From assembly GCA_964645535.1 (NCBI GenBank), contig CAZYCQ010000006.1, forward strand, positions 1 to 64,000: a stretch of 64,000 nucleotides of DNA, in the 5' to 3' direction. This document shows positions 48,716-58,049 of the stretch, piece by piece. The position numbers were made by a program, and so were the translations under genes. This DNA comes from an uncultured archaeon. Its GTDB lineage: Archaea; Asgardarchaeota; Heimdallarchaeia; Heimdallarchaeales; Kariarchaeaceae. The notes under the pieces were generated by a model. The model was not told the origin of the DNA. It ran no database searches and saw only the letters and a list, made by a program, of their open reading frames with translations. Every line of letters starts with the position of its first letter. The first letter of the stretch is position 1.

Positions 48716-50023
48716 TTAGTATGCTTTGTATGGTATGAGGAATAGTTTGCTTTGGAAGATAAACCAGAATAGGAGTAGTTGGAACATTAGAGTGATGAAG
48801 AGTGATGATGCGAAAGCTATTGGATATCTTGATTGATTTTTCTTGACGAGTTTTGAGTATCCTATACCTACGAGGAATACATAGATGAAGAACATTAGGA
48901 ATATTGGCAGAGCGACGAGGAATAGGAATGGGAGTGTATCTTTTTCTTCGATGGACAGTTCTTCACTGGATGGGTGGAATCCTACAAGTTCTTGGTAGAA
49001 AATTCCTGCGAATAGTTGTGCGAATGCTAGTACGAATATGGCAATTCCTGCGAGGAGTATAGCGCTATTCATGAAATTTTTGGAGAAATTTCCGGTGACG
49101 AGTCCGATGACCAAAGGTTGGAGGATGATATATGATAGTAGTACACCGAATATCATGAGGTAGAAGCTGATCCAGAATTGTAAAAATCCAGCATTTGCTT
49201 CATTTGCTCGTATTGAGTTGATGCTGAATGTATTAAAGCTAAGGAAATAGAAGAGTCCTTTTCCATTTACGACGATTGATGTGAAGAATGAGGAGCTGAT
49301 GAATGCGAGAAATAGGAACCACCACGGGAGTATTTCAGCGTATGCACCTCTTGTAGGTCGTGTAATGAATTCAGGGATGAACTTGAGCATACTTTTGACT
49401 TCTTCTGATTTTGACACGAGGAATGAGGTAATAAATCCGGGCACCAGAAGGAAGATTGCATAACTTGCGAGGGTGATGGCGAACTGTGTTGGGCTGATGC
49501 TCAGAGCCACAAGGAGGTTATTGGTGATTGAAATAGCTGGGCTGTTGTTGAGGAAGAACATGGGGAACCAGAATGCGGAGAAGACGATTGCAAGAAGTGC
49601 CAAGGTTGTCATGATGAGTTTTGGTTTTTGGGGGACGTTATTGTACCATAGTTTTTCTTCGACGACCTCATCAACGATTGGTTCGAAGTCGTCGAGGATT
49701 CTTCCATCGATTTGGAGATCTTGGTATTTTTCCCTGAATCTGGAGATGAATTCATTGAGGAGTTCTTGTGCATCTCCTTCGTCCATTCGTTTATCAAGTG
49801 TGAGGACGAACAGGAGGTCGGCCTGTCTTTCCTTGAAGATGGTTCGGACGTTTTGGAGGTCGAGGTTTTCGATTTTTTCTCCTTCGGTTTCGGCGGTCAT
49901 GCTGTAGACTGCGCTGATAAGTCCAGCGGTCAAAGATACATCAGTCTCGATTTCTTTTTGGCTGAATTGTTTGGAGAAGTATATTTGTCCATAGGTTGTC
50001 ATGACAAGCAGTGTCTTGATCAT
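48716..50023 (-). CDS. N-terminal longin-like domain fused to a multi-pass membrane domain
   Basis: MIKTLLVMTTYGQIYFSKQF...SLTAGLISAV...LLFVLTLD followed by about 7 TMs; ATG at 50023 preceded by AGGT. Confidence 0.75.
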   Translation of the reverse strand: MIKTLLVMTTYGQIYFSKQFSQKEIETDVSLTAGLISAVYSMTAETEGEKIENLDLQNVRTIFKERQADLLFVLTLDKRMDEGDAQELLNEFISRFREKYQDLQIDGRILDDFEPIVDEVVEEKLWYNNVPQKPKLIMTTLALLAIVFSAFWFPMFFLNNSPAISITNNLLVALSISPTQFAITLASYAIFLLVPGFITSFLVSKSEEVKSMLKFIPEFITRPTRGAYAEILPWWFLFLAFISSSFFTSIVVNGKGLFYFLSFNTFSINSIRANEANAGFLQFWISFYLMIFGVLLSYIILQPLVIGLVTGNFSKNFMNSAILLAGIAIFVLAFAQLFAGIFYQELVGFHPSSEELSIEEKDTLPFLFLVALPIFLMFFIYVFLVGIGYSKLVKKNQSRYPIAFASSLFITLMFQLLLFWFIFQSKLFLIPYKAY

Positions 50024-50277
50024 TGTCTCGTACCTAAAGAGACGGCTTTCACATATAAATGGAACGGATTCCTGATTGGAATTTGCAAGAGAATGGAGGT
50101 GGAGAAATGTGCAAGATACACCGAAGGGGTTTAAATACCGAATCAAGGTTTAATAATTTCCAAGATCGGTGATGCATTTCGGAATTTTTTTCATAAACCA
50201 TAATTGTTATAAATATATCCTCGATAATTGGTTTATTTCTTGGAAAAATTGATGAATTTTTCCGAGAGGTGAGATAT

Positions 50278-51681
50278 ATGAAAGGTAAAGGAATAAATGC
50301 AATCCTTCTGAGTCTGGTTTTCCTCATGTCCTTCATGTTGGTTGGGCAGATCAATGGAAATACCAACGTTCAAATGATCATTCCTGACGTAACGACTGAT
50401 GAATATGCAGTTGAATTTTTCACGGAATTTGATGCAGGGACAGGGAGCGGAACGCTTCCGACATTGGAGCCCTTTTGGACTGACATAGTGAATACCGAAA
50501 GAGTGGAAGAAACCGGGGAAGATGTCTATGTTGCGGTATTGGATACCGGCTTGTTGCCACAGTGGGACTTTTTCTTTTCTGAAGCGAATATTGCAGCGGA
50601 TTTGGGAGTTGGGTTCACGCATGACATTTTCTTTGATTCCAGCGGCAATTTGGTGGTTGGTCCATTGAAACAGGTTGGTTTTGTTACAGAATTGGCGAGT
50701 GGTCATGGGACTCATGTGACAAGTACAATTGTTGGGTTCAACCTGAACAACCAGGTGTGGGTTGATGGGATTGCCCCAGAAGCGACAATCATTCCAGTGA
50801 GAGTTCTGGATGCTTGGGATCTCGGTGGCGGGTTGAGGCTGAGTGGTGGATTCAATGACATGATTGCAGCAGGGATCATGTACGTTGCCGATCTAGCGGA
50901 TGAATTGGATGGCAAGATCATAATAAACATGTCTCTTGGTGGACCAAATCCTTCGCAATTGATTGAAGACGCCATCAACTATGCGATAAGCAAAGGAGTG
51001 ATCGTTGTGGCCTCAGCCGGCAACAGCGGGTTCAATGGGATGGGATATCCCGGGGCATTTTCCCAGGTGATTTCGGTGGGTGCTGGAGGCTGGACAGACA
51101 TGTTCACGAATTGGTGGGACACAGGAGCTCCAGAACAGCTGAACGTACCTGATTCTTTGGGCAATGAGATGCAACTGTACCTTGAGGATTTCAGTTCTCG
51201 TCCGAATCCTCTGTTGGGGCAAACCACAGATCTTCTTGATGTGACCGCTCCCGGTGCTTGGGTGGTTGGTCCATTCAAGAGTTCATTCAGGGAGAACACA
51301 GGATATTATTTTCTTTCAGGGACAAGCATGGCGGCTCCCCACATTAGTGGGATTGCGGCCTTGGTAGCGGAGGAGGAAGAAGATGTCACACAGGCACAGA
51401 TGGAAATTCTGCTCAAAATTGCGGCTAGTGGGGAAGATTTCAATGCTTTCAGAGGCTTCCCGTTTATCGGCAATGATGTCAAGGTTGCGTTTCCCTTTAT
51501 TCCGGGAGGATTCTACACTGTATCTTGGGGATTAGGGGAATTCGGGACAGGCTTTATAGATGCGGAAGTTGTCATGGAATTGGCGCATGAACTTGATGAT
51601 GATGATGATGGATTCAATGACCTGATTGCAGATCTATTGGAAAAGTTGGAGGATTTTTACGAGGATCTCTTTGAAGATTGA
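50278..51681 (+). CDS. Secreted S8 subtilisin-like serine protease with acidic tail
   Basis: Signal peptide; VAVLDTG, GHGTHV, SAGN, SGTSMAAPH; GAGGTG Shine-Dalgarno before the ATG at 50278. Confidence 0.93.
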   Translation: MKGKGINAILLSLVFLMSFMLVGQINGNTNVQMIIPDVTTDEYAVEFFTEFDAGTGSGTLPTLEPFWTDIVNTERVEETGEDVYVAVLDTGLLPQWDFFFSEANIAADLGVGFTHDIFFDSSGNLVVGPLKQVGFVTELASGHGTHVTSTIVGFNLNNQVWVDGIAPEATIIPVRVLDAWDLGGGLRLSGGFNDMIAAGIMYVADLADELDGKIIINMSLGGPNPSQLIEDAINYAISKGVIVVASAGNSGFNGMGYPGAFSQVISVGAGGWTDMFTNWWDTGAPEQLNVPDSLGNEMQLYLEDFSSRPNPLLGQTTDLLDVTAPGAWVVGPFKSSFRENTGYYFLSGTSMAAPHISGIAALVAEEEEDVTQAQMEILLKIAASGEDFNAFRGFPFIGNDVKVAFPFIPGGFYTVSWGLGEFGTGFIDAEVVMELAHELDDDDDGFNDLIADLLEKLEDFYEDLFED

Positions 51682-51695
51682 AGTAAACGTAAGAT

Positions 51696-51785
51696 GTAGA
51701 TGAATCATATTTTTATATTAAACGTAGATGAATTATATTTCAAACGGATTTACGTGTAGATGAATTACGTCTGTTTGTAGATGAA
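51696..51785. repeat. Four direct copies of GTAGATGAA between convergent genes
   Basis: Copies at 51696, 51724, 51756 and 51777; the last lies inside the 3' end of the EF-2 gene. Confidence 0.7.
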
Positions 51786-54008
51786 CCGTGCCCAAGTGTC
51801 GATTGTTGGAACTTCTTCTTTGAGACCGTTTCTCTTTCTGATGAAGGCGATTTTCTCGTCTCGCAGATGGGGTGGAACTTCCTCGAAGTGGCTGAACTGA
51901 TATCCAAAGAAACCTCGTCCTGCGGTGGCACCACGGATTTCATCAGCCAGTCCCACAGTCTCGGATGTTGGGATGAGACCCTTGATCATGTTGGAACCGC
52001 CTGCTTCCTTGATTTCTTGGATGATCCCTCTGTGCTGTGTCAGAAGGCTGGTAATGGCGCCGACATATTCAGGGGGTGCCTTGATATCGATGGTAAGCAT
52101 GGGTTCGAGCAATTTGGGACCTGCTGTGAGGTAACAGAGGTTACATGCAGCGGACACCATTGCCATGATTTCGGTCAATCCCGTGTGAGCCGGATCTGTG
52201 TGGACGGTTGCATCGGTCATGACGAAGAGAACGCCCATCAGGGGTTCTCCAGCAAGGGTTGCTTTTCTTGTGAATTGCTTCCAGGTGTTGATGACGAATT
52301 CCTTGATTCTTTCAAGTCTTTGAACACCTTTGGTGGATTCAATGAAGAGATTGGTGTCGGAAGATGCCCAGAATCCTCTGAAGAATTTTTCGTCGAATTC
52401 GGGATATTTTTCGGTGTCCATATGTTGTGCCAAGAGTTTGGCTCTTTCCTTGGTATCCATCATGGTAAGATCCTTTCCTTCCTTGAGGAAGTCGATCATG
52501 GACTGTGGCAGGGGATAGAGCTTCATCTGGATTCTGTTGTGTCCATTGGGTGACTTGGTGGTGAATACCTCGGATTCTTTTGAGATGGTTTCCCTGTGGA
52601 CAATGACTGGATCAGAAACTTCGATCGGAACCTGTTCATTGATACGGGTGATAAGGATCTCGATTTGGAGGGGATCAATTCCTTGGAGGGTATATTTCTT
52701 GGTTTCGGGATCCATTTCATAGGAGGCAGTTGGGTCTGCCATGATCCAAGTACTGATGACCTTGCCCAATTTAGCGACATCGGTCTGTTTCTTGGGGAAG
52801 ATAGACCTTGAAACAACAGGTTCGGCGGCATATGAAATGGCTTCGAATCCGGGAATGTTTGTTCCCTCTCTTGTGAAGGATTCACCGGCGGGACAAATGA
52901 AGCCGTCTGCTGCGAAGAGGTTTCCGGCAGGGATCTTTGGAACGGGAAGGATGTCATCAAGTTCCATGACACCAAGTCTTGTGATGTTTGCCTTTTGTCG
53001 TCCGTTGATGAGATAGATCTTGTCGGTATCCTTGAGTGTTCCTGAGAATACACGTCCGATGAGCGTTGGTCTCTTGGTTCTTGGATGGATGAAGATCTTG
53101 GTGATCATTCCAAGGAGTGGTCCATTGGGATCACAATTCAACAGTGCCTGACCGGCTTCGGATTCAAGGTCACCGGGCCAGATTTTGGGGATCTTGATTT
53201 TTTGGGATTCGCGGGGGTTGGGTAGGTGTTGGATAACCATTCTGAGAAGGGCGTCATCCAACGGAAGGTTTTTCCTCAACCAAGCCTTGTCATCCTCAGC
53301 ATACTTCTGGAAAACTGACTGTGGAGTAAGCTTCTTTTCCTTGAGGATCTCAACAGTGAATGCCCATCCGTCTTTTGCGGAGCCTACAGCAACGGAGTTG
53401 TCTTGGAAGGAGACCCTCCAGCTCTTCTTGAATTCTTTTGGAACGATTGCCTTAATCTTGTTGTTGACTTGTGAGACGATGATGTCCAATCTAGAGAATA
53501 CATCCTTGGGATCAAGCTTCAGTTCAGAGATCAATCGGTCTACCTTGTTGATGAAAAGGACTGGTTTACAGAATTCTTCACCGACAGCCAGTTGGATGTT
53601 TGTTTCAGTCTGTGTCATCATTCCTTCAAGGGCGTCTACAAGGATAATTGCACCATCCGAACCACGGAGGGCTCTTGAGACTTCACCCGTGAAGGAAAGG
53701 TGACCGGGAGTGTCGTTGATTTGGAAGATGTAGTCATTGACCGTTCCGTCTTCTTCTGTGTATTGGTAAGAAAGGATGACAACAGTTGTGAAAATAGTAA
53801 TTCCTCTTTCCTGTTCTTCCTCGTCTAGGTCAGTCATCCTTTTGTCTCCAGCAGTTTCAGCAGACATGAGACCAGCCTTTGCCAGAAGGTAGTCTGCGGT
53901 GGTGGACTTCCCATGATCGATATGAGCTGCAATAGAGAAGATTCTGCGCAGCTCGATGGGATGATTCATGATCATGTTCCTGATTTCTTCGGTGTTCTTT
54001 ACTTTCAT
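51765..54008 (-). CDS. Elongation factor 2, divergent paralog (aEF-2p-like)
   Basis: AHIDHGKS, ERGITI, DTPGH, NKVD; domain IV loop HTDPAHTG instead of the canonical HxDxxHRG. Confidence 0.9.
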   Translation of the reverse strand: MKVKNTEEIRNMIMNHPIELRRIFSIAAHIDHGKSTTADYLLAKAGLMSAETAGDKRMTDLDEEEQERGITIFTTVVILSYQYTEEDGTVNDYIFQINDTPGHLSFTGEVSRALRGSDGAIILVDALEGMMTQTETNIQLAVGEEFCKPVLFINKVDRLISELKLDPKDVFSRLDIIVSQVNNKIKAIVPKEFKKSWRVSFQDNSVAVGSAKDGWAFTVEILKEKKLTPQSVFQKYAEDDKAWLRKNLPLDDALLRMVIQHLPNPRESQKIKIPKIWPGDLESEAGQALLNCDPNGPLLGMITKIFIHPRTKRPTLIGRVFSGTLKDTDKIYLINGRQKANITRLGVMELDDILPVPKIPAGNLFAADGFICPAGESFTREGTNIPGFEAISYAAEPVVSRSIFPKKQTDVAKLGKVISTWIMADPTASYEMDPETKKYTLQGIDPLQIEILITRINEQVPIEVSDPVIVHRETISKESEVFTTKSPNGHNRIQMKLYPLPQSMIDFLKEGKDLTMMDTKERAKLLAQHMDTEKYPEFDEKFFRGFWASSDTNLFIESTKGVQRLERIKEFVINTWKQFTRKATLAGEPLMGVLFVMTDATVHTDPAHTGLTEIMAMVSAACNLCYLTAGPKLLEPMLTIDIKAPPEYVGAITSLLTQHRGIIQEIKEAGGSNMIKGLIPTSETVGLADEIRGATAGRGFFGYQFSHFEEVPPHLRDEKIAFIRKRNGLKEEVPTIDTWARFIYKQT

Positions 54009-54108
54009 AGTGAAATCCCAACTTTGATGTTTTTGGCTTTAGCCTAACTTAACTCCAATACCCATTCAGTCTTTAAAATATCATAGATATTGACACCCAG
54101 TATATTAT

Positions 54109-54801
54109 TTAGATCAATGATTTAAGGAATGCTATGATCTGTTTCTTTCCAATTTTTGAGGTGCCGTATTCTCTATTTCGGAAGACATAACCGAACTCAC
54201 AGATTTTTCCATCCTTAGGGAAGACCTTCAGCACATCAAAAAGGAATTTGTATCCCGTAAATTCGAGGATTTTGTCATTTTCGGCATATTTTGTGAGAAC
54301 ACTGGTTTTACCTCCGAAGAATCCTGACATGATATCCTTTGGGATTTGCTTTCTTCTGAGTAATAGGGAGATTTTGCCAAGTGTCTGAGCCCCTACAGAA
54401 ATCAATTTTCTTGTAAAGGGCCATTCCTCGATATGATCTCGTCTGCCGATAATAAGATCCGGATCTTGATCCATGCATGCAATGGCATCCTGAATGGATT
54501 CAGGGGGGTGTTGAAAATCTCCATCCATTATGATGAACCACTCGGTTTCGGTATGAAGTATGCCATCCCTTATTGAAATTGTCAATCCCTTTACGGGTTC
54601 TGATTGTCTATCAAGTAATCTGACATTTGGATATTTTTTTGATTTTTCTCGAACGATATCCGTTGTCTTGTCCGTTGAGCCATCATCCACCACGACAATG
54701 TGTATCCCGGGATAGAGTTCTTGGATTTTGTCTATTAAGCGACCGATATTTTGTTCCTCATTTAGGGTCGGGACGATTACCGTAATGTTGGAAAATTCCA
54801 C
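54109..54801 (-). CDS. GT2 glycosyltransferase, DPM1-like polyprenol-phosphate mannose synthase
   Basis: VPTLNE, VDDGSTD, MDGDFQHPP, D.MSGFF, R.YGTSK. Confidence 0.9.
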   Translation of the reverse strand: MEFSNITVIVPTLNEEQNIGRLIDKIQELYPGIHIVVVDDGSTDKTTDIVREKSKKYPNVRLLDRQSEPVKGLTISIRDGILHTETEWFIIMDGDFQHPPESIQDAIACMDQDPDLIIGRRDHIEEWPFTRKLISVGAQTLGKISLLLRRKQIPKDIMSGFFGGKTSVLTKYAENDKILEFTGYKFLFDVLKVFPKDGKICEFGYVFRNREYGTSKIGKKQIIAFLKSLI

Positions 54802-54984
54802 AAGGCATCATTTTTTCGAGTTTTCTAAGACTTTTGGTCAAGTTCGCACCATCAAAGCATTAAATCATAGACGAGTTCACAATTTTGTCATGATTTGTGA
54901 TGATTTGTCAATCAAAGATGCAGGGGCGGATGAATGGACTCTAAATTGAATAGGTTTATATCTTGATCTGTTCAAAAGGTTACC

Positions 54985-56115
54985 ATGAGTATACTTTTTT
55001 GGGCATTCATCATTTCGCATGGGTTGAATGTCATTGGTTCGATCCTGATTATGATTCCGTTAATCCGTCTTTATTACCGAACAGGAATTTCTCTTGTAAA
55101 TATCATGATCATGTTGTTTGGGGTATGGGGCATAACCAACTTGCTTCTTATCATCCCAAATGTTCTTGAAATTCAGATTTTACCAATAGCACTGGCAAAT
55201 ATTATCGGTTCGGCATTTGCACCTGCGTTATTCCTTTTGTTTGCGGATAGGTTCGAAGGGAGAGTTTCCCCTCTCAAAACATCGGTAGCCGTCTCAATGA
55301 TTCTTTTATCCATTTTCGTGGTTATTGTGAGCTTATGGACAGGAATACTTGACATTGCAACAGTTGTGCTCATTATTGAATCGGAATCCTTGATCACCAT
55401 GAGATGGGCAGAGATACCATCTCTTTTTCTTTTTCCGGGAATTCTTCTTACTGGATATTGGGTCAGGCAGGAGTTGAAGAGCACAGGTGAGCATGCGATT
55501 GATGAAAGGCAGATTGAACAGATTAAGTGGATGCAACGGGGGAATTCGTTGACATTCTTCATTGGACCGATTTTTGGTGCTATTGGAGTGATACTGGTTT
55601 CTTTGGACAATCCGATGGCAGGAACTTGGGCATCGGAAATAATCGGATACCTGATTGTTTCGGCCGGTGTATTCATCTTTGGGATTAACTATCTGCTATC
55701 ACCGGAAGTGGCATTCCTTCAACCTCAACGGGTGGATACCTTATTGGTTCTTCATGAGACAGGTGTTCCGGTGCTCCGGTATGATTTTCGACCACCAGAG
55801 ATTGAAGCAGATACAGCATTGGTCAGTGGAGCCATTACCGCCATTACTGCAATTATGAATGAGGCGTTCGGAGTGAAATCCATGGTCAGGTCAATTCATT
55901 TTGAAGACAAAGAGTTGATGCTCCAATTTGCAGATGGTCTTGCTTTTGTGCTTATTGCAGACAGAACTTCGATTTTCCTTGAAAGCTCTCTGAAAAGGTT
56001 GAAAGAAGAGTTTGAATTAAATTTCATTGAGAAATATGATTTTGGAGGTGGGGAAATTCTGGATCAGGCAATATTTTTGCCTGCGATCCTCAAAAGTTTC
56101 GGACTGAAAAGTTGA
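54985..56115 (+). CDS. Seven-TM membrane protein with C-terminal longin-like domain
   Basis: About 7 TMs then LLVLHETGVPVLRYDF...LVSGAITAI...SIHFEDKELML...FVLIAD. Confidence 0.75.
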   Translation: MSILFWAFIISHGLNVIGSILIMIPLIRLYYRTGISLVNIMIMLFGVWGITNLLLIIPNVLEIQILPIALANIIGSAFAPALFLLFADRFEGRVSPLKTSVAVSMILLSIFVVIVSLWTGILDIATVVLIIESESLITMRWAEIPSLFLFPGILLTGYWVRQELKSTGEHAIDERQIEQIKWMQRGNSLTFFIGPIFGAIGVILVSLDNPMAGTWASEIIGYLIVSAGVFIFGINYLLSPEVAFLQPQRVDTLLVLHETGVPVLRYDFRPPEIEADTALVSGAITAITAIMNEAFGVKSMVRSIHFEDKELMLQFADGLAFVLIADRTSIFLESSLKRLKEEFELNFIEKYDFGGGEILDQAIFLPAILKSFGLKS

Positions 56116-57314
56116 TTCCCGAAAAATTATTCAGAAATCCATTCATGACAGATAGGAGTAAAAACCAAGGGATTTTGATTGGGGACATGGAAGTTTTGAG
56201 CGAGAATGAGCTTCGGTTATATTGTCCATTGAAGTGGCATGAAGGGATTCCTGAAGGCGGAATAGGATTAGGTATTGCAGACATTGATTTCAAGGGACCA
56301 GAAGGGATAGTTGAATGGATTTCCTCAAGATTGACGGAAGAATATCATTTCTATCAGAAACGGGAGGGGTTGGATTTTGCCATTGAGGCAGTGAAAGAAT
56401 TTTTGAAGAGGAAGGAAATGGCGAATGCAACGATCCAATTGATACCGGGTACAATGGCAGGAATTTATGCAAGCATGAAATTTGCGTCTTCAATGGAAGG
56501 AGAGGTAGCAATTGTCAATCCAATCTATCCACCAGTGCATTTCCACGCCTCATCGGAAAAAAACAGGATCGCGTGGGTAGGTCTTGATGACCAATATCGA
56601 TTGGATCATGACAGCCTTCAGGAAACAGTGTCAACTGATACAAAACTGCTTGGGATTGTTCATCCAAACAATCCAACAGGAACAGTTTTCACAGACGAAG
56701 ATTTTCGATTGATCCGGGATTTGGCAGTTGATTATGACTTTATCTGTTTCTCTGATGAGCTGTATGACCCATTGGCATTTAATGGGGCAAAAAAAAGCCT
56801 TGGCTCATTTGAAGGGATGGAAAACAGAACAATCACACTCTTCGGTTTTTCCAAGGCCTATGGACTTGCAGGATTGAGAGCAGGATTTATGGCAATTCAG
56901 CTTCAGGATTCAACAAAGATCCAGGAAATTGTGGAGCACCTATTGGTTTCTCCATCTCCTGTAACATCGATAGTGACAGAGTATGCATTGAAAGAAGAGA
57001 AAGTTTTGAAATGGGTGAAAGATTTCAGGGAGACCATGAGAGTGAATATGGAATTTGCAAGCAAGGTGTTTGATGATGAAGGTTATAGCTGTCCAAAACC
57101 AGATGGCGGGTTGTTTGTCTTTCCAGATATAGGAAAGAAAGATGATGTCAGGTTCTGTGATCAGCTTCTTCGGGAAAAAGGGGTTGAAGTGGTGCCTGGT
57201 TCAAAATTCGGTCCAGATGGAATTGGTCACATCAGGGTGAATTGTGCTACATCGATGGAAAGATTGGAAGATGGAATCGGAAGAATTATCGAATTTTTGT
57301 CTTATGATAAGTAG
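56112..57314 (+). CDS. PLP-dependent class I/II aminotransferase (MalY/PatB-like)
   Basis: IADIDF, HPNNPTG, SDELY, FSKAYGLAGLR. Confidence 0.9.
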   Translation: MIPEKLFRNPFMTDRSKNQGILIGDMEVLSENELRLYCPLKWHEGIPEGGIGLGIADIDFKGPEGIVEWISSRLTEEYHFYQKREGLDFAIEAVKEFLKRKEMANATIQLIPGTMAGIYASMKFASSMEGEVAIVNPIYPPVHFHASSEKNRIAWVGLDDQYRLDHDSLQETVSTDTKLLGIVHPNNPTGTVFTDEDFRLIRDLAVDYDFICFSDELYDPLAFNGAKKSLGSFEGMENRTITLFGFSKAYGLAGLRAGFMAIQLQDSTKIQEIVEHLLVSPSPVTSIVTEYALKEEKVLKWVKDFRETMRVNMEFASKVFDDEGYSCPKPDGGLFVFPDIGKKDDVRFCDQLLREKGVEVVPGSKFGPDGIGHIRVNCATSMERLEDGIGRIIEFLSYDK

Positions 57315-57970
57315 GTAGGAGGATCCTGATCAGACAATTTCAATGTTTTCAGGAAGAGATGAAGGTCTTCACTGAATTTTTCCGCTTTATCAATTGATTG
57401 TTCAAGAATTGAATTGAGATCTTTTGCCAACATGAATTGTTTGAAATCGATTTCCTTGTGGTAGATCTGTTTCATGAAAGCACGTTGAGAATCATCCGCC
57501 TTGTTTTCCAATTCTTGAACCATTTTCAAGTTTGGAGTTTTTGAATCTTCAATCCATGTAAAAACTTCGGACAGGATGGAATGAAGAAAATTCAGCATTT
57601 CGTCAAGATGACTTCTTATCCACTCTTCAATGGGGTATAGATCGATTCGATGACCAAATGCTTCAATGGAATCTATCAATGATGAAAGACCCCTAGCCAT
57701 ATTGTACAATGATGTTTCCTTGAAAGGAAGGAAGATGCTTTCATTGATGATATTGTTGATCAATTCAATATAACTGTCGTTTCGTTCAGTCAGCCTAGAC
57801 AGAAGGTCTTCCAATCCCTCCATGGATTGGTTTTCGATCATTTTCTTGAAATTTTCAACTTCGATAATCAGATTTGAGAGGACAAGACCGAAAACATCTA
57901 TTGTTCTGGCTTCCACAGTTTGATGCAGCAAATCCCTGTTTTCATTGGAGGAATTTTCAACCATACCCAT
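57302..57970 (-). CDS. DUF47/PhoU-like phosphate transport regulator family protein
   Basis: Two helical repeats; ELENKADD, LEQSIDKAE. Confidence 0.65.
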   Translation of the reverse strand: MGMVENSSNENRDLLHQTVEARTIDVFGLVLSNLIIEVENFKKMIENQSMEGLEDLLSRLTERNDSYIELINNIINESIFLPFKETSLYNMARGLSSLIDSIEAFGHRIDLYPIEEWIRSHLDEMLNFLHSILSEVFTWIEDSKTPNLKMVQELENKADDSQRAFMKQIYHKEIDFKQFMLAKDLNSILEQSIDKAEKFSEDLHLFLKTLKLSDQDPPTYLS

Positions 57971-58049
57971 TCTAGACCACCTGAGATTTAAGGAAAGTGG
58001 AAATTGACTGGATTTCCGAGATCTAGAGGCAATTTATTTTGCTTTTTTT

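Noticed and set aside
50193-50236. Imperfect inverted repeat as a dif/Xer site
   Set aside because: The arms are imperfect and the spacing does not fit the 11-6-11 dif layout; more likely divergent promoter sequence.
51867-53703. Several long + strand ORFs (up to 228 aa)
   Set aside because: Antisense shadows of the EF-2 paralog.
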